A stretch of 64,000 nucleotides of DNA from Phycisphaerae bacterium. GTDB lineage: Bacteria; Planctomycetota; Phycisphaerae; UBA1845; Fen-1342. The DNA lies in the NCBI GenBank assembly GCA_050115495.1, contig JASFQK010000021.1, forward strand, positions 32,001 to 96,000. Reading direction: 5' to 3'. Of this stretch, positions 35,921 to 43,672 are shown piece after piece (positions within the stretch are counted from its first letter, which is position 1; each line of letters opens with the position of its first letter). The translations under genes were made by a program, and so were the position numbers. Under the pieces are notes generated by a model. It saw only the letters and a program-made list of their open reading frames with translations. It was not told the origin of the DNA and searched no databases.

Positions 35921-38900
35921 CTACTCCGACCCACCCGCGGGCTCCTCAGGCCCGGCGACACAGAACGTTATCGTCGGCACGTCCCCGACCTTCACGCCGT
36001 GCGGCGTGCCGGCGTCCATCCGCCCCGCAAGGATGATCCTGGTGTCGCACGACTCCTCCTCCACCTTCTGGACGGCGAAGAGGCGGGTGCAGTGCGAACC
36101 GGCGGCCTCGTTGGGCGACGGCGGCAGAAGTAGCCACATGCCGGGCTTGAGCCCCTGCTTCTCGCCGGCCGCGAGCCGGGCCCAATCGCTCGTGAGGGTC
36201 ACGAACGAACCGTCCGTCGTCGTGCTCCACAGATCGGTGACCGGCGCCTCCACACGCCTCGCCACCAAGCCGCGGGACACGTTTGGCCACCAGGCCGGCG
36301 CCACGGGCGTTCCCGTCGCCGGCTTCTCCCAGTCTCCTTCGCGGAGGTAGAACCGAGGCAACCCCGCCTCCACGCCGATACGAGGCTCTCTGCCCTGCGC
36401 GATCGTGTCGCGGAAATGCTCGATACCGCCGTCCGGAATCAGATACAGGCGTTCACCCCACGTCACCGGAACGAACCACCGGCCTCCGAGAAACGACAGC
36501 TCGGGATCCTCCGAATCCAGGACGAGCAGGCCGTCGATGACTTCGCACGTGCCTTGACTGCGGCCGTACACGCCCAGGTCGCCACGCCACTCCCACTCGT
36601 ACATACCGAACGGCAGGAGCCGGAGCCACAGGTAGAGGTCGTGGTCGCCGCACCAGTACTCACCGACGAGGTCGGCCAGCGTGGCTAGCGGCGGCGAAGG
36701 CACGCTTTCTGGCACCGCTGCGGCCGCTGGCGAGCTGTCCGGTTGCGAAGTCGGCGTGGACGGCGTCTCGGTTGCCGGCAACGCGAAGCGCTCAATCTTG
36801 TAAGCGTGTTCGGCGAGCATCCACAACTCGCGGCCGTCGTGGACGAAGAAGCCGCGCCACCAGTCCTCGTACGGCTCCAGCTTGCCGAGGTCGTACCAGG
36901 TCGGCGGGCTGGCCGCCGCATCGAGCAGCAGGTAGCGACCAAAGTCGAAACCGAGCGGCCCGAGCAACGCATAGCGACCGCTGTACGCTAGGTTCCCCAA
37001 CACACTCACCGAGTCCTCATCCTCGGGAACCGCGGCAGCCGCCAGCGGTTCGCCGGCCGGCCCGTAGACGCTGACCACCTTGCCGGCGTACATGCGTGCG
37101 GTGGCCCGCGTCGACACCAGCGCCAACCCGCCGTCCGGCCCGACGGCCGCGCCGCCGATCTGGTCGAGCCAGCAGCGGTCGGGCCGCCGGCGGATCGTCT
37201 GGATCGCTGTGTTGCTCTCGTCGATGAGCGTGGCCACCCCCTCAGACACGTACCAGTAGCGCGGCCCGTGCGGCTGGTTCAGCACCCAGCCATCGTACAC
37301 GCCCGGTTCCTCCAACCCCTCGGGCAGCTTGCGGCGCCCGACCCGCTCGCCGCTCGCCGAAAACTCGATCCCGCCTACGAAAACGCGGCCGTCCGCCGGA
37401 ACATCGAGCGTGATCTCCCACGAATGCTCGAAATCGTCCGGAATCGGGCGGATGATCCGCACGCGCCGGCCGGCAGAGTCGAATACGTGCGTGAACGCGT
37501 TGCGCTCCTCGGCGAGATACACGTTACCGGCATTGTCGATCCTTGCGGCGGCGATGGTCCGCAGCAGGGGCTCGCCGGCGGATTCGCCCAGCTCCGCTTC
37601 GACGACGCCGGCGTCGCTCAGCCGCAGCAGCGCCTGCCCGTCGGTCGCCCACAACCGGCCGCTCGGGTCCACGCACACCGGGCCGCGCACCGGGAACGGA
37701 TCAAGATCAACCAGTCGGCCGTCGGCGTGCTTGAGGACGATCTCGCTGCGCAGCGTCCCGTCCAGCCGAACACGTCGCACGGTGCCGGACGCGACGGACG
37801 CCTGTGTGATCAGGCCACCATCCGTATCCGGCGTAAACCACGCCCCACTGCCCGACCCGTCGAACAACGTCTTCGACGGGATCGTCCGGACGGTCTTGCC
37901 ATCCCGGTCGATCACGGCGACCGTACCGCCGTATTCCGATTGAACGACGACGTTGCCCTCGGTCGTGACGGTCAGGCGCTCTGCGCCCCCGCCGTACGGA
38001 TCACCCCAGTCAATCACGGTGCGCCACCGCTCGCCACCGCCGGCGTCGAACGACACGACCGTGCTCGACTCGGCGGCGCACATGACGAACCCGCCGTCGT
38101 GCGTCGCAGCCATGCAGCGTGAGAACGGACCGGCCGAGGGCTGGAGCTCGGTGTACTGCCGCGTGTCGGCGTCCAGACAGAAGGCGTGTATCTCCGCCTC
38201 CCTGACGGCCTGGCCCGGGACTTCGCGCAGCACGGACGCCATGAGCAGCCAGCGGCTGCCGCCCAACCAGGTCATCGTGGGCGTTCCGTTGTCACCGTCG
38301 ACCATGCTGTTCAGGTCGAGTATCCAGAGGACGTGCCCTTCCGCGTCCACCAGGATGAACTCCGGCTCGTGATCAAAGACCGTGCAGCGGAGAAAGCCGA
38401 TGCGACCGCGATCGTCCAGATCGAAGCAATGGACGTCGCGGATCTCCGGGAGCGGCCTCACCTCGCGTTCGAGCGTGATCGTGCCCAGGTGCTTCAATTC
38501 GAGGCGGGCCGGCTGCGTTGCAGCCACGCCGGCGATGGGAACGTCGTAGTCCGCCCGGCCGACCTCGGCGACACGCCAGCCGCTCTCGCCATCGCGCTCG
38601 ACGCGGAACGTGACCCGCTGCGCCGCCCGCACGAAACAGACGTCGAACTGCCCCGGCTGATCCGTGCGTATGATCCCCCCGTTGTACCGGACCGCGTCCC
38701 AGACCCGGTCGTGGCGTTTCGCGTCCTCCATCGCCTGCTCGTCAGTCGTGTCGCGGTCGGGCAGCCTGGGCATCGCGTCGTCGCCGGGGAGAAGCGTCTC
38801 CCACACGGGCCCGCCCGCCCAGTCGACGAGCGAGAAGGCGCTACCGTCCTCCGCCTCCATCTTGTCCTTTTCGCCCGTGGGCCGGTTGAAGTACCCCCAA

Positions 38901-39568
38901 TGCACCAGGATCAGCGGCGTGCGGGCGACCGGACGTGCCGCCCGCGTGTACCAGGACTCGTGCTCGCCCTCGCGCGGATGGTCGAACTGGAACTCGTCGA
39001 GAAACGTGCCGCTGGACAGGCGGTAAACACGCCAGGTCTCCATCCGGCGGCCATGCCCGCCTTCGTCACAGCGAAAAACGAAACGGTCGCCGGCGGGATC
39101 GACCGCGACGCCGATACCCGTGCGGTCGATCGAACTCGTGCAGGTCTCGTGCCCCCGCCGCGGCATCGTCTCGCTCATCCGCAGCGAGCCGTCCGGAGCG
39201 ATGATGACCACGTACAGCCGGCCGTCCTCGCCCTCGGGGACGATGTTCTCCCAGCCGCCGGAGTAGGCATAGCCGGCGACGGTGCCGTCGTCGGTCACCT
39301 CCGCTTCCCAGAGCGTGAGCAGGCGTGTGCCGGCCCAGACCTCGACGCCATCGCGGGTGAGGCGGTACGTGCCGGCGCCACTGCCGTAAATCGTGCTGGG
39401 GTCTACATATAGCGCGTAACGCCCCGATGGCGACGTGTAGGTCTTCGGGTCGAGGATGACGGCCCCGCCGCGTTGGGCCGGCGCCGGCGACGCAAGCCAC
39501 CAGCCGGCGACCACGGGCAACAACCAGAACGCTCGCGATCGCCGACGCCTCGTCTGTCGAATCCCCAT
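35921..39568 (-). CDS. Exported NHL/beta-propeller-like protein, paralogue 1, with an extra C-terminal domain
   Basis: Same architecture plus a Pro/Thr linker and an additional region after ERFALP; start codon uncertain. Confidence 0.8.
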   Translation of the reverse strand: MGIRQTRRRRSRAFWLLPVVAGWWLASPAPAQRGGAVILDPKTYTSPSGRYALYVDPSTIYGSGAGTYRLTRDGVEVWAGTRLLTLWEAEVTDDGTVAGYAYSGGWENIVPEGEDGRLYVVIIAPDGSLRMSETMPRRGHETCTSSIDRTGIGVAVDPAGDRFVFRCDEGGHGRRMETWRVYRLSSGTFLDEFQFDHPREGEHESWYTRAARPVARTPLILVHWGYFNRPTGEKDKMEAEDGSAFSLVDWAGGPVWETLLPGDDAMPRLPDRDTTDEQAMEDAKRHDRVWDAVRYNGGIIRTDQPGQFDVCFVRAAQRVTFRVERDGESGWRVAEVGRADYDVPIAGVAATQPARLELKHLGTITLEREVRPLPEIRDVHCFDLDDRGRIGFLRCTVFDHEPEFILVDAEGHVLWILDLNSMVDGDNGTPTMTWLGGSRWLLMASVLREVPGQAVREAEIHAFCLDADTRQYTELQPSAGPFSRCMAATHDGGFVMCAAESSTVVSFDAGGGERWRTVIDWGDPYGGGAERLTVTTEGNVVVQSEYGGTVAVIDRDGKTVRTIPSKTLFDGSGSGAWFTPDTDGGLITQASVASGTVRRVRLDGTLRSEIVLKHADGRLVDLDPFPVRGPVCVDPSGRLWATDGQALLRLSDAGVVEAELGESAGEPLLRTIAAARIDNAGNVYLAEERNAFTHVFDSAGRRVRIIRPIPDDFEHSWEITLDVPADGRVFVGGIEFSASGERVGRRKLPEGLEEPGVYDGWVLNQPHGPRYWYVSEGVATLIDESNTAIQTIRRRPDRCWLDQIGGAAVGPDGGLALVSTRATARMYAGKVVSVYGPAGEPLAAAAVPEDEDSVSVLGNLAYSGRYALLGPLGFDFGRYLLLDAAASPPTWYDLGKLEPYEDWWRGFFVHDGRELWMLAEHAYKIERFALPATETPSTPTSQPDSSPAAAAVPESVPSPPLATLADLVGEYWCGDHDLYLWLRLLPFGMYEWEWRGDLGVYGRSQGTCEVIDGLLVLDSEDPELSFLGGRWFVPVTWGERLYLIPDGGIEHFRDTIAQGREPRIGVEAGLPRFYLREGDWEKPATGTPVAPAWWPNVSRGLVARRVEAPVTDLWSTTTDGSFVTLTSDWARLAAGEKQGLKPGMWLLLPPSPNEAAGSHCTRLFAVQKVEEESCDTRIILAGRMDAGTPHGVKVGDVPTITFCVAGPEEPAGGSE

Positions 39569-39765
39569 ACGCTCGCCCTCGCCCGCGGCGGCCGCCGCAC
39601 GAACAGGCTGGATCGGCCGGCGAGCCCCCCGCGGCGGGAGCCGGCAGCGCCGGCCGAGACACACTCCAATCCATTGTACGTACCGGTCCAGCCCCGGGTG
39701 CAGGTGTGATACGCGTTCCGCTGCCGCGAACGCCGCAGGTCGCGTCCGGCTCGGGACACATGAGA

Positions 39766-39800
39766 AGAAGGGGAGGCCGCGAAGAGCGACCTCCCCTTCT
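39766..39800 (-). terminator. Hairpin terminator after the RRM gene
   Basis: AGAAGGGGAGG...CCTCCCCTTCT inverted repeat. Confidence 0.65.
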
Positions 39801-39821
39801 GTTGTCGGCTTGGGCTAGAGG

Positions 39822-40109
39822 CTAGCGGCCTCGGCCGTATCCGCCGCCGCCGGTGCGCGGGGCACGCGGCTTGGCTTCGTTGACGGTCAGGGCGCGGCCG
39901 CCGTGGTCCGTGCCGTTGAGGGCGCTGATGGCCGCCTGGGCCTCAGCATCGGACCCCATCTCGACGAACCCGAAACCCTTGCTCCGGCCGGTGTCGCGGT
40001 CCTGGATGACCTCGGCGCTGCCGACCGTACCGTGCGGCGTGAACAACTGCTCCAGATCGGAACTGCTGACGCCATAACCCAGATTCCCGACATACAACTT
40101 TCTGCCCAT
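39822..40109 (-). CDS. RRM (RNP-1) RNA-binding protein with a Gly-rich tail
   Basis: LYVGNL (RNP2), KGFGFVEM (RNP1). Confidence 0.95.
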   Translation of the reverse strand: MGRKLYVGNLGYGVSSSDLEQLFTPHGTVGSAEVIQDRDTGRSKGFGFVEMGSDAEAQAAISALNGTDHGGRALTVNEAKPRAPRTGGGGYGRGR

Positions 40110-40279
40110 CGTGTTTCTCCTGTCGATGGCATATGCGACCCATAGCTTTACTTTCAGGGTCTCGGTGAAAGTGGCCGTGGTTCCGGCCAGGAAGGAGGGA
40201 AAACGATCTAGGCAGTAGGATGCGGGAATTGCTCTGCAAACACCACGTCTCGGCCTGGTTCGTAGATCCGACCGCCAGG

Positions 40280-40285
40280 ATTATA
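40280..40285 (-). promoter_or_regulatory. TATAAT -10 element implying a long 5' leader for the RRM gene
   Basis: Perfect TATAAT about 170 nt upstream of the ATG. Confidence 0.4.
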
Positions 40286-40355
40286 CCCCCGCCCGCCAGG
40301 AAGTACAGCAGACCCGATCACAAGAATTCGCGAGGCGAGCAAGGTGCGCCGGCGC

Positions 40356-42305
40356 TTACCTGGCGCCGTGCACCGCGGCCTGCCGGCAGGAAGCGGGTCC
40401 CGACGCGGCGGAACCGACGGCGCTCGAAGGTTGAATGTCGGGTGTCACCATCGCCGTGTCTCCAACCGGGCCGGCGGAGTCCGCAGCGACCGGCCCCGCT
40501 CCCACCGATTGGCCGGGCAGAGCGTGGTCGGCCCGGCGGCCGTCCACGCTGCGCAACGGGACCAGGTTGGCTGGTGGGGCCGCGTGGCGCCGAATCCGGC
40601 CGAAGCGCAGGCGCAGCGCCCAGCCCAGCGTCCGGCGGGCAGTCAGCACGAGCCCGCGCATACCCAGGACTTGCAGGACCGCATCGGCCAGGTGCGGCCC
40701 ACTCTTCGGTCGCACCAGTGCGAAGAGAAAGCGCAGCGGATTGTAGAAGTAGAGGTAGGCAGCCAGGATGTTGAGTTGTTTGCGCCACGGCCGCGGGTGA
40801 TGCGACGCCACCACGTAGTTCCCGCCCAGCATGTGCTCCTGGACCGGCCGGTTGCCGACGCGCTCGTACGCCATGCCGGACGTATACGTGTCGACGTACA
40901 ACCTCGAGCCGGTGGCGGGCACGAGCATGAGGACCTGCATGCTGACCGCCCCGGCCTTGCGCAGCAGGCGAACCTGGTTCAGCAGGCCGCGGGGCCCAGG
41001 GCCGCGGCTAATGAGCGGCTGCCGGTCATGGTGCATCATCATCGGCATCGGACAGATGCCGTGCCGCCGCAGCAGTTCGAGCGCGGTGAGCGTCTGATCC
41101 GCGCCCTGTCCCTTCCGCACCAGGGTCCCCGTCATGTCCTCGACGCCCACCCACAACGCCCGCACGCCGGCGTGCCGGACCGTCGACAGGTGATCCCGTA
41201 ACCGGAGCGTATCGTGCACGGTGACCTCCGTGCCCCAACGGAGTCGCTTGCGTATGGGCCGGCCGCCGACGCTGGTTCGCGCCAATGTATCGACGATGTC
41301 GAGCGTGCGCTCACCGTCGTTGAAGAAGTTGTCGTCGGCCCCGAAGAAGCTGCGCAGCCGGTACTCGTCGTACAAGCGGGTGAACTCGTCGGCGATGCGC
41401 AGCCCGCTCTTGGCACGGTACTGCCGCTGGTTATACGCAGGAATCGGGCAATACGGACAGGCGAACTTGCAGCCATACGTCAGCACGAGTGAACCGATGG
41501 GGCTGAACCGCGCCACCTGATCGGCCGGCAGGGCCCGCGCGACCAGCGTGGCCCGCCGGCTCGGCGGCTCGAGCAGCCGGTAGCCCAGGACCGGGTGCGG
41601 CAGTTCATCCAGATCGCCCAGCAGGCGCTGCACACCGGTGTCGACGAGTTCCTGGACAACGCCGGCACCATCTGTGCGGGCGTACACCAGACCGGGAACG
41701 TCGTCGAGCAGACCCTGATCACGTGCCCGCAGGAAGGCTATCCGCACCGGCTCGTCCTTCGCCCTGATCGACAGCACGGCATCCAGCAAGTGCAGCAGCA
41801 CGTACTCCTCGCCGGTGACCGCCACGTCGGCGCCCCATGGATCGCGTGGATCGACACCGAAGGCGTCCCAGGGCTCATAGATGACCTTCGGGCCGCCGGC
41901 GATGATCAACGGCCGGTGCGGCGCCGCGATACGGCAGGCGTCGCGAACCAACGCCGCGAACGCCGCCGAGTGCAATTGCATGCTCGACACCAGGAACAGG
42001 TCCGGAACCTGTCCGTCTAGGCGCATCTGCGACGGACGAAAGTGACGATTCCACTGTTGCAGGACGATCCGCGTCTTCTCGAAGCCGGCGTCATGCAGCG
42101 CCGCCCCGATCGCCCGCACACCAGCCGGTACCATGCGCGTGGCGGCGTAGACGAAGGGAAGCATCTGGGTGCGCCAGTCGAACGCGCAAGCCACGACCGT
42201 TCGCAGATCATGCCGGTCGGCGATGCGCCTCAATCGGCCGCGCAGCTCGGCCAGCGCGCCGACCGGAAGCAGCTCGTCACCGCGCGGACGGCGAGGCAAC
42301 TCCAT
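40356..42305 (-). CDS. B12-binding radical SAM protein
   Basis: IIAGGP cobalamin-domain motif, CKFACPYC, DDNFF. Confidence 0.88.
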   Translation of the reverse strand: MELPRRPRGDELLPVGALAELRGRLRRIADRHDLRTVVACAFDWRTQMLPFVYAATRMVPAGVRAIGAALHDAGFEKTRIVLQQWNRHFRPSQMRLDGQVPDLFLVSSMQLHSAAFAALVRDACRIAAPHRPLIIAGGPKVIYEPWDAFGVDPRDPWGADVAVTGEEYVLLHLLDAVLSIRAKDEPVRIAFLRARDQGLLDDVPGLVYARTDGAGVVQELVDTGVQRLLGDLDELPHPVLGYRLLEPPSRRATLVARALPADQVARFSPIGSLVLTYGCKFACPYCPIPAYNQRQYRAKSGLRIADEFTRLYDEYRLRSFFGADDNFFNDGERTLDIVDTLARTSVGGRPIRKRLRWGTEVTVHDTLRLRDHLSTVRHAGVRALWVGVEDMTGTLVRKGQGADQTLTALELLRRHGICPMPMMMHHDRQPLISRGPGPRGLLNQVRLLRKAGAVSMQVLMLVPATGSRLYVDTYTSGMAYERVGNRPVQEHMLGGNYVVASHHPRPWRKQLNILAAYLYFYNPLRFLFALVRPKSGPHLADAVLQVLGMRGLVLTARRTLGWALRLRFGRIRRHAAPPANLVPLRSVDGRRADHALPGQSVGAGPVAADSAGPVGDTAMVTPDIQPSSAVGSAASGPASCRQAAVHGAR

Positions 42306-42355
42306 CGCTGCTCACTCCTGGCGTAACAGGACTGTCTGGACTCCGCCGGCGCTCT

Positions 42356-42553
42356 TCACAACAAGCGCTCTCCGGGATCTCGCGCGTCCTCACGCTCCAC
42401 ACCGTCGGCTGGCGAGAGGTCACTGCTGACCCCGGCGATCCTGCCGGCGCGACGTTCCCGTTTCAGGGCTGCCTTCTTTGCCTTCTCGATTTCGCGCTGC
42501 CGCTTCTCGTATTCCCGCTGACGCTTCTGGACGGATGGTCTTTGTCGTGCCAC
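42356..42553 (-). CDS. Small Lys/Arg-rich helical protein
   Basis: GGAGAG RBS; SVQKRQREYEKRQREIEK. Confidence 0.65.
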   Translation of the reverse strand: MARQRPSVQKRQREYEKRQREIEKAKKAALKRERRAGRIAGVSSDLSPADGVEREDARDPGERLL

Positions 42554-42612
42554 TGACTCTCCATGGCAGCTCAGTCGTCACGCGCTGACAGAGCGTGCCG
42601 GGTTAACGGATC

Positions 42613-43011
42613 TCAATCATCGTGTACTGCAACCTGCGGCGGACTGTCACCTCGCCAGACCGGCATCGACTCGATGCGCTCCCGCAGCATCGTGAAGGTC
42701 GTGTCACGCCGATCGTTGTACTCCTGGAGCGCCACCATGGCATCCAGCTCCGCGTTGCGCTTCGGCCAGGTGAACGTGCTGCGCTTGCCGTGGATGTGGC
42801 GGTCGAACTGCCCGAACAGCACGCAGGCTCGCTGCCAACCGAACAGCCGGCACAGTGCACCGGTGAGGTCCCACGCCACCGCCGCCTCATCGTCATAGCA
42901 AACGGCGCGACCGTCGACGCCGTGGGCTTCCGCACCCTGCGACCAACTGGCCTCGCGTTCGAGCAGGGCAAGCAGCCGCTCCTTCTCACTGGGCATCATC
43001 GTCGAACTCAC
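42613..43011 (-). CDS. Hypothetical protein (WSQG...WDLTGAL, weakly DUF6197-like)
   Basis: Protein-like composition, GC3-rich codons, purine-rich RBS. Confidence 0.65.
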   Translation of the reverse strand: MSSTMMPSEKERLLALLEREASWSQGAEAHGVDGRAVCYDDEAAVAWDLTGALCRLFGWQRACVLFGQFDRHIHGKRSTFTWPKRNAELDAMVALQEYNDRRDTTFTMLRERIESMPVWRGDSPPQVAVHDD

Positions 43012-43223
43012 TCTCTTCCCTTCGAACCGAGCAGCGCGAGCGTCGCGCCCTCGGCGTCGAGCGTGCTCCCCGCGAGCAAGGCCGACGCCTCGGCGTCCAG
43101 CCGCAGGACCGCAACCGCCTTCCCGAGCGCCGCCGGCGCAGACCAGACAAACGCGTGCGCGGCAGCACGCTCGGCCGTCAGTCGAGCCTCAGTGACCGAG
43201 CCGGTTCGGGAGAAGACGCCCAC
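43008..43223 (-). CDS. Possible small hypothetical protein
   Basis: GTGA overlap with the next gene; weak start. Confidence 0.3.
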   Translation of the reverse strand: MGVFSRTGSVTEARLTAERAAAHAFVWSAPAALGKAVAVLRLDAEASALLAGSTLDAEGATLALLGSKGRE

Positions 43224-43390
43224 TCATATGGGCGCGCCCTCGGGAAGAGGAGCAATCAGAGAAGATCGTTACGCCCACGATACTAGCCGAACCGGACCAC
43301 CCCGGCAACCGCGACGGTCCCTTCGCCCGGCGGGCGACTCACCTCATAAACCGGTTCTTCCGTCAACGGCGTGCGGATCGGCGCCGGCTG

Positions 43391-43470
43391 GCGGGTTCTG
43401 CCGCGGAGTGACGGGCTGTGCTGCGGCGTGGCGGGTTTTGCCGCGGGGTGGCGGATTCTGCTACGATGTG
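43391..43470 (+). repeat. Four degenerate 20-bp tandem repeats
   Basis: gcgggttctgccgcggagtg / acgggctgtgctgcggcgtg / gcgggttttgccgcggggtg / gcggattctgctacgatgtg. Confidence 0.75.
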
Positions 43471-43672
43471 GGCCTGAGGTGGCGGCGCGAGACGCCCGGG
43501 GTGGCGTCGCGCCGCAAACGGGTGAACCGCTCACGGAAGTGCTCGTGCTCCAGAGGCGCACGGGCCGCCTGTTGCACTGCACGTCGCGCCACCCGCCGCC
43601 GGCGGAGACGGGGATTCCGCGAGGCCCCCACTCCACATCGCCCGTCGCCGGCCGCCTCGGCAGGAGTCGTTG

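Noticed and set aside
43391..43470. Possible mini-CRISPR
   Set aside because: No spacers, degenerate units, no cas genes
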